Below are positions 28,123 through 38,567 of a stretch of DNA of 64,000 bases, piece by piece. Within the stretch, counting starts at the first letter, position 1, and each line of letters begins with the position of its first letter. The notes below the pieces were generated by a model. The model ran no database searches. It saw only the letters and a list, made by a program, of their open reading frames with translations, and was not told the DNA's origin. The DNA is from Bacteroidales bacterium (lineage in GTDB: Bacteria > Bacteroidota > Bacteroidia > Bacteroidales > VadinHA17): NCBI GenBank assembly GCA_049654745.1, contig JBASIK010000183.1, forward strand, positions 1,001 through 65,000. The letters are read 5' to 3'. The translations under genes were made by a program, and so were the position numbers.

Positions 28123-30729
28123 ATGAAGCTGGTTGTGAAAATATTTGCATGGATTGTAGCAGGAATAATTATTACTTTGACTGCAATGATATTAACTGCA
28201 CTTGTTTTCCAGAACCAGGCAGTAGTTGCCGTTATTGATTCAATCAACAGGAATCTGTCAACAAAATTCGAGTTCGAAAAATACAGACTTTCTCTGATAA
28301 AACGTTTCCCAAAAGCTTCATTTGAACTACTGAATCTTACCGTTTTTTCTTCCGAATCATTCGACAGAACTCAGTGGACAGGAATTAATACCGACACTCT
28401 GCTCAGGGCTGGTACCGCATCACTTGAATTTAAAATTACTGATATACTCAAAAAAAAATATTCTATTGAAAGTATAACAATAAGCGACGGAGAACTTTTT
28501 CTTATTACCGACAGCCTTGGGGGAATTAATTTTAAAATATCAGATTCAAATAAAGGGAACTATGATAATGAAATTGACCTTGATAAAATTGTAATACGCA
28601 ATCTTAAAGCAACTTATTTAAACAAGGCCACCGACATTTCAATTTCCGGTGTTATAAATAATGGAAAATTACGAACCAAAATTGGTGGAAAAAATCTCGA
28701 CTTTTCATGCATATCAGGAATTCTTGTTAATCAATTCAATATTGGTTCATTAAATATAAAACCTGACATTCAGGTATATGCAGACATTAGTCTGAGAAAA
28801 TCAGATGAACAATTAACTTTTCAAAACAGTATTCTAAAATTTGAGGGCCTTTCTCTCAAGCTAACAGGTTATATAAAACCAGAAAATGAACTTTTACTAA
28901 AAATTGAGGGACAAAACATTGACCTTTCAAAAGCAAAGAAATACCTCCCACAGAAGCTTATTGAAAAATATACTGATTTTACTGCAGGTGGATTACTGAA
29001 CGCCAGCTGCATTTTATCAGGTCCATTAAACCGCACAAAGAATTTATTCACCCAAATGGCATTTTCAATTGATAAAGGAAAGCTTTACAATAGAAAAACA
29101 GATATACTGGTGGAAAATATTTCTTTTTCCGGAAATTTTACAGGTGGAGATGGTTCTGACTACCCGAGAGGCAAACTTAATATACAGCAATGTTCATTTA
29201 TGATTGGAAATGCAGAATATTATATTTCCTTTTCTGCAGAAAATCTTAAAAATCCTTTTATAAAACTTAACTTTTCCGGAGAAATTGTTCCAGAAGATTT
29301 AAAAAAACTTGTAAGCATACCATGGCTCATATCCGGAGAAGGGTCTGCACGATTAAACCTGAAACTTGAAGGTCCATTGCCAAGAAAAACCAAAAAGCTA
29401 AATGCGGCTGATATTTTCAATCTTAATCCACAGGCAAATATTCAGTTTAAATCCCTTTCAATAAATCACAAAAATGAAAGATTTTCATTCAATGATGTCT
29501 CAGGTAACATTTTTATCGCTTCATCATTATGGACCGACGACCTGGTGTTTTCCTACAATAACCAGCGTATTAAGATTACAGGAGAATTTGGTAATCTGCC
29601 AGCATGGCTGGCAGGAAAACCAGAAATAATTAAAATCAATGCCAGTATAACAGCTGATAACATTGATGTAATAAACTTATCTGCCAGTAATTCTGCAGAT
29701 AAAAGTAACATCAAAAGAGCCGTAAAAATGCCTGAAGGAATTGAGGCTGATATTTCTTTTGTTTTAAACAATTTCAAATGGAGAAAATTTACTGCTGCTA
29801 ACATAAATGGGACTTTAAATTATAAACCCGGTTTGCTCAATTTCACCAATTTTTCTGCAACAACGCTTGATGGATTAGTTTCAGGCATTTTTGTTCTGTC
29901 TCGTCAAAAAACGGGTTTACCATTTGCCTCCCAGGGCAATTTTTTTATTGAAAACATCGACATTAAGAAGTGTTTCAGCTCGTTCGACAACTTCGGGCAG
30001 GACTTTATTCATTCTGAACATCTTTCAGGTAATCTTTCAGGTACGTTAAAAATAATGATGCAACACGACTCGCTGTTGAAACCTGATATCAGGTCAGTAA
30101 ATGCAGAAGGCAACTATTTGATTGAGAACGGATCTCTTACTAATTTTGAACCGGTAAAAGCTCTGTCAAAATTTATAAATATAAATGAGCTTGAAAACAT
30201 TTCATTTTCCAGATTGGAAAATAATTTCTACATTAAAAACAACTATCTTGCTATACCACAGATGGAGATTAATTCTTCTGCTGTTAATTTCACTGTAAGC
30301 GGCCGACATAATTTTGACAACACATATGAATATCATGTAAAAGTTTATCTCTCCGAATTATTATCAGGAAAAATGAAAAAAAACCAGACAATAACTGATT
30401 TTGGTGCAGTTGAAGATGACGGGCTCGGGCGTACATCTGTATTTCTGAAAATAACCGGTCAAGGAAACAACATCAAAGTTTCACCTGATTTAAAAGCGAC
30501 AGGTGTAAAAATCAGGGAAAGTCTTAATAATGAAAAAAGTAATCTGATAAAAATTCTTAATGAAGAACATGGTTTATTCAAAAAAGATACTGCTATGAAA
30601 ACAGAGCCCGCACCCCGGCCAAAATTTAACATAGAATGGGAAGAGACAAATAATGTTGAAATTAAAAAGGATACATCAGGCAACCAGGAAAAAAATAATA
30701 TTTTAAATCGTATTTTTAGAAAAAAATAA
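28123..30729 (+). CDS. AsmA-family-like large envelope protein
   Basis: 868 aa with a single N-terminal TM anchor and a long beta-rich body. The size and organisation resemble AsmA/TamB-like proteins. Not verified. Confidence 0.5.
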   Translation: MKLVVKIFAWIVAGIIITLTAMILTALVFQNQAVVAVIDSINRNLSTKFEFEKYRLSLIKRFPKASFELLNLTVFSSESFDRTQWTGINTDTLLRAGTASLEFKITDILKKKYSIESITISDGELFLITDSLGGINFKISDSNKGNYDNEIDLDKIVIRNLKATYLNKATDISISGVINNGKLRTKIGGKNLDFSCISGILVNQFNIGSLNIKPDIQVYADISLRKSDEQLTFQNSILKFEGLSLKLTGYIKPENELLLKIEGQNIDLSKAKKYLPQKLIEKYTDFTAGGLLNASCILSGPLNRTKNLFTQMAFSIDKGKLYNRKTDILVENISFSGNFTGGDGSDYPRGKLNIQQCSFMIGNAEYYISFSAENLKNPFIKLNFSGEIVPEDLKKLVSIPWLISGEGSARLNLKLEGPLPRKTKKLNAADIFNLNPQANIQFKSLSINHKNERFSFNDVSGNIFIASSLWTDDLVFSYNNQRIKITGEFGNLPAWLAGKPEIIKINASITADNIDVINLSASNSADKSNIKRAVKMPEGIEADISFVLNNFKWRKFTAANINGTLNYKPGLLNFTNFSATTLDGLVSGIFVLSRQKTGLPFASQGNFFIENIDIKKCFSSFDNFGQDFIHSEHLSGNLSGTLKIMMQHDSLLKPDIRSVNAEGNYLIENGSLTNFEPVKALSKFININELENISFSRLENNFYIKNNYLAIPQMEINSSAVNFTVSGRHNFDNTYEYHVKVYLSELLSGKMKKNQTITDFGAVEDDGLGRTSVFLKITGQGNNIKVSPDLKATGVKIRESLNNEKSNLIKILNEEHGLFKKDTAMKTEPAPRPKFNIEWEETNNVEIKKDTSGNQEKNNILNRIFRKK

Positions 30730-30753
30730 AAAAGATAACTTAATCACTGTAAA

Positions 30754-31908
30754 TTGAACATTTATTCACATAAGACTCTCTGGAAACTTATTTTACTGTT
30801 TCTTGCAGTAGGGATAGGAATGTTTTCATTCTGTTATACATACTTACTTGTCAGAAATCTTAAATCAGAAGAAAGAAAAAAAATTGAAATATGGGCTGAA
30901 GCAATACGTCAGTTGAATTTTGCTGCTGATACAGGACAGACACTTGAATTTTTATCTTCAATTATTGAAGGTAACACAACAATACCTGTTATTCTTGCCG
31001 ATGGGAAGGATTCAATAATTTCTGCAAGAAATTATGATCCCATGAAACTTACTGCTCCGAACTTCCTTCAGACAAGGCTTAAAAAAATAAAGGAAAAGTC
31101 GGAACCTGTAATAATATACCTGCCCGATGGCCATATTAACAAGGTATATTATGAAGACAGTATCATCCTCAGAAAACTGATATATTATCCCATTGTTCAG
31201 CTCAGTATTATAATTCTGTTTATACTTGTTTCTTATCTGGCATTCAATTCTTCAAGGAAAGCAGAACAGAACCAGGTATGGGTTGGCATGTCAAAAGAAA
31301 CTGCTCATCAGCTTGGTACACCTGTTTCTTCACTTACCGGATGGGTCGAAATGCTCAGAAGCAAATATCCCGAAATACCCTTCACCGAGGAAATTGCAAC
31401 TGATATCGCCAGGCTTGAAAAAATAACTGAACGTTTCTCAAAGATTGGTTCACGTCCGGAACTTATAAGTACAAACATTATTCCGGTACTACGTCAAACG
31501 ATTGATTATTTGAGATCCAGGGCTTCTTCAAGAACTGTTTTTATTAACGAATATGATCCTCTGGCTGAAATAGTGGTTAAATTTAATCCACCCCTTATTA
31601 GCTGGGTAATAGAAAATGTGTGTAAAAACGCAATCGATGCAACAAATGGTGAGGGTACAATTAATATATCAGTTACCGAAATGCGTAATTACGTTATCAT
31701 TGATATCAGGGACAACGGCAAAGGAATACCAAGGTCGGCTCATAAAAAAATATTCAGTCCGGGTTATACAACAAAACAGAGAGGATGGGGCCTTGGTCTC
31801 TCTCTTTCAAAAAGAATTATTGAAGAGTATCATAAAGGAAAAATATTTGTTAAATATTCTGAGCCCGGATTAGGAACCTGCATCCGTATAATGCTGAGAA
31901 AAAACTGA
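30754..31908 (+). CDS. sensor histidine kinase (intact, no adjacent response regulator)
   Basis: Two TM helices. H box ETAHQLGTPVSSL, N box ENVCKNAIDAT, G1 DNGKGI, G2 GWGLGLSL. Apparent TTG start. Confidence 0.8.
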   Translation: MNIYSHKTLWKLILLFLAVGIGMFSFCYTYLLVRNLKSEERKKIEIWAEAIRQLNFAADTGQTLEFLSSIIEGNTTIPVILADGKDSIISARNYDPMKLTAPNFLQTRLKKIKEKSEPVIIYLPDGHINKVYYEDSIILRKLIYYPIVQLSIIILFILVSYLAFNSSRKAEQNQVWVGMSKETAHQLGTPVSSLTGWVEMLRSKYPEIPFTEEIATDIARLEKITERFSKIGSRPELISTNIIPVLRQTIDYLRSRASSRTVFINEYDPLAEIVVKFNPPLISWVIENVCKNAIDATNGEGTINISVTEMRNYVIIDIRDNGKGIPRSAHKKIFSPGYTTKQRGWGLGLSLSKRIIEEYHKGKIFVKYSEPGLGTCIRIMLRKN

Positions 31909-31948
31909 ATTTTACCTGATAATTATAGCTTGATAAAACCAGACGGGG

Positions 31949-33199
31949 ATGAAAAGACATCAAGTTGAAATATCGGCTCCAGCCGGTTCATGGGCTTCTC
32001 TTACTGCAGCTGTTCAGGGGAATGCCGATTCTGTATATTTCGGCGCAGAACAGTTCAATATGAGAGCCTCATCATCTGAGAATTTCTCATTATCAGACCT
32101 GCCTGAAATTGTTTCATTCTGCAAATTACACGGCATTAAATGCTATCTCGCACTTAATATTGTGATATATGATGATGAAATTAACAAAATGAAAAAAATT
32201 ATTGATACAGCAGCCAAAAGCGGGATATCAGCTATTATTGCCACAGATCAATCAGTTATCAATTACGCCTTTTCAAAAGGATTGGAAGTTCACCTGTCTA
32301 CACAACTTAATATTCCCAACACCGACACTCTGAAGTTCTATTCACAATGGGCTGATGTTGCAGTATTGGCCAGAGAATTGTCGCTCGAACAGATCAAAAA
32401 AATATCAGATGAAATAAAGAAGAGAAAAATATGTGGCCCCTCCGGTAAACCTTTTAGAATTGAAATTTTTGCACATGGTGCTTTATGTATGGCTATATCA
32501 GGAAAATGTTATCTGAGTCTGCATGAATACAACAAGTCTGCTAACAGGGGTTTATGTAATCAGGTTTGCAGGAGATCATATATTGTGACTGATAAAGAAA
32601 CCGGATTTGAACTGGAGATTGACAATCAGTACATAATGTCAGCAAAAGACCTCTGTACAATAGGATTTCTTGACAGGATAATAAAAGCCGGTGCTGAAAT
32701 ACTTAAGATAGAAGGCCGGGCACGCTCTCCTGAATATGTTAGAACGGTGACATCATGCTATGACGAAGCACTAAGAGCAATTGAACAGGGCACATATACT
32801 CCTGAAAACATCAAAAAGTGGACAGAACGTCTTTCTACTGTTTTTAACAGGGGATTCTGGGATGGTTATTACCTGGGACGTAAAATGGGTGAGTGGACTA
32901 ACAAATATGGTTCCAGTGCAACCATGAAAAAGACTTATATCGGAAAAATCACCAACTATTACAACAAAATAGGAGTTGCTGAGATTAAGCTTGAGAACGG
33001 CGATTTGTCGATAGGTGATACAATTCTTATAATCGGTCCAACAACAGGGGCCCTTGAATATCGGGTTGAAGAAATTCGTGATGCAGAACAAATGATTACT
33101 GAAAAAGCACTGAAGGGGACATTCTGTTCCATTAAAACAGATCATTATTTGAGACGGTCTGATAAAGTCTACAAATGGGAAGAAAGGAATAAAGAATAA
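31949..33199 (+). CDS. peptidase U32 family protein
   Basis: 416 aa. U32 pattern around EIFAHGALCMAISGKCYLS and KIEGRARSPEY. Confidence 0.8.
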   Translation: MKRHQVEISAPAGSWASLTAAVQGNADSVYFGAEQFNMRASSSENFSLSDLPEIVSFCKLHGIKCYLALNIVIYDDEINKMKKIIDTAAKSGISAIIATDQSVINYAFSKGLEVHLSTQLNIPNTDTLKFYSQWADVAVLARELSLEQIKKISDEIKKRKICGPSGKPFRIEIFAHGALCMAISGKCYLSLHEYNKSANRGLCNQVCRRSYIVTDKETGFELEIDNQYIMSAKDLCTIGFLDRIIKAGAEILKIEGRARSPEYVRTVTSCYDEALRAIEQGTYTPENIKKWTERLSTVFNRGFWDGYYLGRKMGEWTNKYGSSATMKKTYIGKITNYYNKIGVAEIKLENGDLSIGDTILIIGPTTGALEYRVEEIRDAEQMITEKALKGTFCSIKTDHYLRRSDKVYKWEERNKE

Positions 33200-33220
33200 G
33201 GCAATTAATGCACAAATACG

Positions 33221-36043
33221 TTATTTCATAAAATATTTAAGAAAAATTCTTTTCAGGTCATCTATCCTTACTGGTTTGGTAATAAATTCTTTAATCCCGT
33301 ACATTTCAGCCTTTTTCCTTGTTTCAGGCATATTGTCAGCTGTTACAGCAACAATCAGCACTTCAGGTCGGGCTTCAAATATTCTTCTTGCTGATTCATA
33401 ACCATCCATTTCCGGCATGAAGAGATCCATGAAAATAACATCATATTTTTTGCTGAAAGCCATCTGATATCCTTCATAACCTTCTTCAGCAACATCACAT
33501 TTATATCCGAGGCTTTCAATCATTTTTGCCAGAATTTTCTGACTCATTTTATTGTCCTCAACTATCAGAATATTAAGACTTTTGGCCTCTTCACCCTCAT
33601 GAAGCATCAATCCGACAGGTTCAATATGGAAAACCTCACTCACAGCATTCTGAAATTCATGTACATCAAAAGGTTTAACCAGATAATAATCCACACCAAA
33701 AGTCAAGCATTTAAGGTAGTTCCCCTTTCTGTCGTTGGAACTGACCATGAATACCCTGTACCTTGAAGAGAGGTTATTGTCCCAGAGCATTTGTGCTACT
33801 TCAATGCCGTCAAAATTTTCATCGTCAGTAATAATAATCAGATCATATTTTATTTTCGGGATGGTTGAGTTTACAAGAATCTGGTTTAATGTGGTTTTTG
33901 TATAAGAAGTAACTGAAATCTGCAGGCCTGCCCTGTGAAAAATTGAAAGAAGTTCTTCATCTCTTCCTGAAGGTCCGGTAATTACAAGAGTTTTAATCTG
34001 GTCAATGCTCTTGATTGTTGAAGTGTCAATATCCTTTTTAATTCTCTCATTTGAATGCACCTGAATGGTAAATGTTATTTTTGTTCCATTCTCTCCTGCA
34101 ATACCAGAGGGGCTAACAGCAGTAAGAGTTCCTCCCATCAGTTCAATCAGCTGCCTGGCAATAAGTGTGGAAAACATTGATTCATTATAATTCCCAGGAA
34201 CTATACTTTCAATATTAACAATATCACCAAAGATTTTTTTCAGCTCAGCCTTGTCGAATGCTTTTCCGGTATCCAGTATTTCAAAACCAATGGTAATTAC
34301 TCCGCTTTTTTCTGATTTCTTCAGAATTCTAACATGAACCTCTCCGTTTTCTGTATTGCTTGTCGAATGATTAATTAGGTTAACCAGTATCTGCCTCAAT
34401 CTGTAAGGGTCTCCAATTACCGTTTCAGGAACGCTATCATCAACTTCACAAAGAATTGTAACATTTCTTTCTTTAGCAAGAGGCTTTGCAAGATCTATAG
34501 CGTAATAAACTTCTTCCCTGATATTGAAAGCTGTCTCTTCAAGTATCATTTTACCGGATTCGATCTTAGAAAAATCGAGTATATCATTTACGATTCCTAG
34601 CAGAACTTCAGTAGATCTTCGTAAAAGATAGACGATATCTCGCACCTCCGGTGAAAGATCATACTTATTAAGGATGTCCGACATTCCGATTATTCCGTTT
34701 AAAGGAGTTCTTATCTCATAACTCATCCTTGCGAGAAACTCTGTTTTTGCAATATTTGCTTTAACTTCTTGTTTTCTTGCTGATTCCAGCATAGTTACGT
34801 CTATGAGAACCTCAAGGGAGGCTTTTTCCCTCTGATAAATGACCGGTATGCTGGTATGGTACAAAATTAATTCCCCAAATGGCTTTTTAATTACAAGAAA
34901 CTGGTCTGGATTAAATGATTTGCCAAGATATTTTGAAAAATAAGCATTATCAATTTTAAGAGTTGTTTCAGGGAATATTTTACCTGTCATTTCAGCTTCA
35001 TTTTCATAAGAATAATATTCTGCTGCCACTTTATTTGCTTTTAAAATTTCCCTTTTGTCGTTATAAATAATTATACCTACAGGCATTTCCTCAATAAGTC
35101 TTCTAAGGGTATTCTCTGAATCATGAAGCTCCTGTATTTTGTTTTCCTGAATCTTTAACACTCTCCAGAAAACCAGAATGATCAACTGTATTAATAAAAT
35201 TGTAGCTGTCACAATAAATACCGAATTCCTTATAAGGTATTTCTGAAAGAAATCTGCAGGAGCTGAGAAAATAACTCCCAGATCCCTTTCAAGAAGCTGT
35301 GTTGAGTAAAAAGAAGAAAGTACCTCAACTCTTTCGTTATTAATTATTGCATAATGTATCAAATTGGAAACAATCCCTTCCTTCAAACCTTCTGTTATTT
35401 TCCCTATTTCTGTATATTCCGGTAAATTTTCATTATTGTCAAATACAACTTCCCCGTTCTCTGTCAATACCCATTGCCACTGATAGTCTTTCAGGTTATA
35501 TTTTGAAAAAAGTTTTCCGAAATATTTCCTGTAATCAACAGTTGTAACAATATTCCCGCTTGCTTTGCCGCCTTTAAAAATTACCATGTAATAATTAAAC
35601 TCACTGTTATTTTCAATAAGTTTTTCCTTGGGTTCTATCGGACGTTGATCAAGTGAAACAAACTCTCCTTCAATCCATTCATTCTTGGTTTCGTCCTTGG
35701 ATAAAGTATACTCATTCTGTTTATCATCATACAGCCTTATTTTGACAACAAAATCACGATACTTTGAGTAAAAAAGCTTCAATTGTTCTGTTATCCTGTT
35801 TTTAATTTCAGGTTTTGTTCTGTCAAAAAAATAATAAGCATCATTTGTAAAAGTTATTTGGCCGAGATCGCTTGTAAAGGCGTAATTTATACTGTCCACC
35901 TCTAGCCCAACTATTCTAACCTGCCTGTCGAGGAGCTCAATCATATAGCTTATCTGATTGCGGTACAGGTTTCTGTAATAGAAGAAATTAATTAACAGAA
36001 TCAATAACAATACTACTTCGGCAATTATCAGAATCCTCTTCAT
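33221..36043 (-). CDS. hybrid sensor kinase/response regulator homologue with degenerate kinase motifs
   Basis: Domain order is TM, periplasmic region, TM, PAS-like, DHp, HATPase-like, REC-like, REC. The H box reads [10 protein letters not shown] (Tyr at the His position), G1 reads DTGKAF, and G2 is absent. Confidence 0.8.
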   Translation of the reverse strand: MKRILIIAEVVLLLILLINFFYYRNLYRNQISYMIELLDRQVRIVGLEVDSINYAFTSDLGQITFTNDAYYFFDRTKPEIKNRITEQLKLFYSKYRDFVVKIRLYDDKQNEYTLSKDETKNEWIEGEFVSLDQRPIEPKEKLIENNSEFNYYMVIFKGGKASGNIVTTVDYRKYFGKLFSKYNLKDYQWQWVLTENGEVVFDNNENLPEYTEIGKITEGLKEGIVSNLIHYAIINNERVEVLSSFYSTQLLERDLGVIFSAPADFFQKYLIRNSVFIVTATILLIQLIILVFWRVLKIQENKIQELHDSENTLRRLIEEMPVGIIIYNDKREILKANKVAAEYYSYENEAEMTGKIFPETTLKIDNAYFSKYLGKSFNPDQFLVIKKPFGELILYHTSIPVIYQREKASLEVLIDVTMLESARKQEVKANIAKTEFLARMSYEIRTPLNGIIGMSDILNKYDLSPEVRDIVYLLRRSTEVLLGIVNDILDFSKIESGKMILEETAFNIREEVYYAIDLAKPLAKERNVTILCEVDDSVPETVIGDPYRLRQILVNLINHSTSNTENGEVHVRILKKSEKSGVITIGFEILDTGKAFDKAELKKIFGDIVNIESIVPGNYNESMFSTLIARQLIELMGGTLTAVSPSGIAGENGTKITFTIQVHSNERIKKDIDTSTIKSIDQIKTLVITGPSGRDEELLSIFHRAGLQISVTSYTKTTLNQILVNSTIPKIKYDLIIITDDENFDGIEVAQMLWDNNLSSRYRVFMVSSNDRKGNYLKCLTFGVDYYLVKPFDVHEFQNAVSEVFHIEPVGLMLHEGEEAKSLNILIVEDNKMSQKILAKMIESLGYKCDVAEEGYEGYQMAFSKKYDVIFMDLFMPEMDGYESARRIFEARPEVLIVAVTADNMPETRKKAEMYGIKEFITKPVRIDDLKRIFLKYFMK

Positions 36044-36089
36044 TACTCCTAATTTTCATTAATATATCTAATATAATTTCCCATTAAAA

Positions 36090-37016
36090 TTACCTGTATT
36101 TTCGGTTTTCATCATCAAGAATATTTAAGTAACTCCGGTACCTCATAATGTCTATTTCCCCTGATTCAACTGCTGGTATGACTGCACAACCGGGCTCATT
36201 AACATGCAAACAGTTATGAAACCTGCATTCTTTTGATTTTCTGAATATCTCAGGAAAAAAATGGTAAATTTCGTTCTTATCCATATCGATTATTCCAAAT
36301 CCCCTTAACCCGGGTGTATCAACCACATAACCTCCAAATGGCATAGGATGCATTTCCGGGAAGGTAGTAACATGTTTACCCTGTTCATGATAAGGTGATA
36401 ATTCATCTGTTTTCAGTTTAAGTGAAGGATTAAGAACGTTTAACAATGAACTCTTTCCCACACCCGAATTTCCTGCAATTAAATTAACTTTATCTTTCAT
36501 TGCTTCCTTTACAAGCTCAACATTTTTCCCGGTTATAACTGAAATGCAGTAACAATTATATCCTATATCGCTATAAAGTGAGGCAAGGTAATTCATTTTT
36601 GCCGTGTCCTCCTCATCATATAAATCGATCTTGTTGAAAATAATTATGCTTTTGATTCTGTAAGCTTCTGATGTTGCCAGAAATCTGTCAATGAATTCCT
36701 GAAGTGTTTTTGGCATACGTATGGTTACCATCAGGAAAACCTGGTCGATATTAGCTGCTATAATATGATATTTTTTTGAAAGGTTCGATGCCTTTCTTAT
36801 TATATAATTTTTCCTCTCCTCAATTTCAGAAATAATTCCTGTTTCCTTCCCGGGTAATAAAGAAAACTTTACTCTGTCCCCAACGGCAATAGGATTAGTG
36901 GTTTGAATATCTTTTATTCTGAACCGTCCTTTTATAGTACATTCAATGTTCCTTCCATCAGGTGTCATTACTTTATAACGGCTTCCTGTCGACTTTACAA
37001 CAACTCCTGTTTCCAA
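36090..37016 (-). CDS. rsgA: ribosome small-subunit-dependent GTPase A
   Basis: Circularly permuted GTPase motifs NKIDL and GNSGVGKSSLLN, plus the zinc knuckle CRFHNCLHVNEPGCAV. Confidence 0.9.
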   Translation of the reverse strand: METGVVVKSTGSRYKVMTPDGRNIECTIKGRFRIKDIQTTNPIAVGDRVKFSLLPGKETGIISEIEERKNYIIRKASNLSKKYHIIAANIDQVFLMVTIRMPKTLQEFIDRFLATSEAYRIKSIIIFNKIDLYDEEDTAKMNYLASLYSDIGYNCYCISVITGKNVELVKEAMKDKVNLIAGNSGVGKSSLLNVLNPSLKLKTDELSPYHEQGKHVTTFPEMHPMPFGGYVVDTPGLRGFGIIDMDKNEIYHFFPEIFRKSKECRFHNCLHVNEPGCAVIPAVESGEIDIMRYRSYLNILDDENRKYR

Positions 37017-37032
37017 GTTATTAATTTTATTT

Positions 37033-37040
37033 CAAATGTA
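37033..37040 (-). promoter_or_regulatory. candidate -7 box for rsgA
   Basis: The minus strand reads TACATTTG, 17 nt upstream of the ATG. Confidence 0.35.
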
Positions 37041-37167
37041 ACTAAAAGTATTAAAATTCAATATATTAATTGTAATTTTTATGGTATAAATGAATCCTGA
37101 CAATCTCCCTTTTTTTACTATTGTATTTATTCCCTTACTAAGTTTTCTATATTTACCCACTGAGCTG

Positions 37168-37200
37168 AAAAAAAAGGGGTCTGTTAAATATTCAGACCCC
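37168..37200 (-). terminator. rho-independent terminator after the phosphofructokinase gene
   Basis: 8-bp GC-rich stem GGGGTCTG/CAGACCCC (37176..37200). On the minus strand it is followed by eight T. Confidence 0.65.
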
Positions 37201-37220
37201 TTTCTGTTTGGTTATACTTT

Positions 37221-38426
37221 TTAACCTTCAGCTGCCATCAGGAAGAATGGTTTCATTTCAAAGCTGTGATAATGAGGCCTGAGGCGCTCGGTGTTATAAT
37301 ATTCCTCCACATTCACAAACTTTTTCTGTGAAGTAACAATATCAACCGGAGCATTATCATATCTTCCATTTCTCAGAACAACCAGCCTGCCATGGATGCC
37401 TCTAAGAATCAAATCAAGGGCAAGATTACCGAATGCCATAGGTACTATAGAATCAACAGCATCAGGATCTCCAGAACGTACCAGATATCCAAGCTTCTGG
37501 TTTATAATATTTATTGTTTTCCCCTTATTGAACTTCGGTGAAAGTTCCTTTATTTTTGCCGAAACAAGATCACCAATTCCTCCCAATTTTGCGTGGCCAT
37601 AGGCGTCTTTCTCCATATTTTCAAATACCATTTCCCCACCTTTAAACATTGCACCTTCCGATACCAGCACTATTGAATACCTGCTCGGATTCTCATTCCG
37701 GTCGTCAACAAGAAGTTTTGTAAGATGCTCGATATCAAATTTATATTCCGGAATGACACATCTGTTTGCTGCACCTGCCATTGTCGGAAGTATTGAAGTG
37801 AATCCAGCATATCTTCCGAAGACTTCAATAACCAGAATTCTTTCATGTGAACCGGCACAGGTTCTCAGGTAATTCGTCATGTTAATCGTACGTGTAACAC
37901 AAGTGCTGAATCCGATGCAGTAATCCGTACCTGGAACGTCGTTATCCATTGTTTTCGGTATTGCAACGACTTTCACTCCCTTGGTGTAAAGATGAACTGC
38001 ATAACTTAAAGTATCGTCCCCTCCTATCGGTATAAGGTAATCTATACCTAGCCATTCAAGGTTCTTAAGTACTTCAGGTGTCAGATCATTCATGTCGGCA
38101 TTGTATGTACTCTTAAGATGTTCAGGTACATCATTCTTCGACATATGGCTTGGACGGGTACGTGAAGTATGCAAAAATGTACCTCCGGTACGTCCTGCCT
38201 TGTTCACTATTTCATTTGTAAGAACCTGGTAGCATCGGCTGTTATCAGCTTTATTGTCCCTGATAATTTCAGTGAGACCAGCCCAGCCTCTTTTCAGGCC
38301 GATTACTTTAAATCCTTCACGGTTTGCCCTGATTGTGACAGCTCTGATTGCAGGATTTAATCCAGGAACATCACCTCCACCTGTCAGGATGCCTATCACT
38401 CCTCTTTTTGTTTTTATGTTTACCAT
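37221..38426 (-). CDS. 6-phosphofructokinase, PPi-dependent type by signature residues
   Basis: GILTGGGDVPGLN is present. GGDDT replaces GGDGS and PKTMDND replaces PGTIDND. These are the Asp/Lys pair diagnostic of PPi-PFK. Confidence 0.85.
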   Translation of the reverse strand: MVNIKTKRGVIGILTGGGDVPGLNPAIRAVTIRANREGFKVIGLKRGWAGLTEIIRDNKADNSRCYQVLTNEIVNKAGRTGGTFLHTSRTRPSHMSKNDVPEHLKSTYNADMNDLTPEVLKNLEWLGIDYLIPIGGDDTLSYAVHLYTKGVKVVAIPKTMDNDVPGTDYCIGFSTCVTRTINMTNYLRTCAGSHERILVIEVFGRYAGFTSILPTMAGAANRCVIPEYKFDIEHLTKLLVDDRNENPSRYSIVLVSEGAMFKGGEMVFENMEKDAYGHAKLGGIGDLVSAKIKELSPKFNKGKTINIINQKLGYLVRSGDPDAVDSIVPMAFGNLALDLILRGIHGRLVVLRNGRYDNAPVDIVTSQKKFVNVEEYYNTERLRPHYHSFEMKPFFLMAAEG

Positions 38427-38567
38427 AGATTCAGTTTTTTATGTTTACCATAATTTTTTCAAACCGCTAAAGTAAAACATTTTCATATTATTGCAAATAT
38501 CGGAAAATAGTTAAATTTATTTAATTTTATTAAGCCTATTGTTTCATGGATTTTTCAGGAGTTACAC

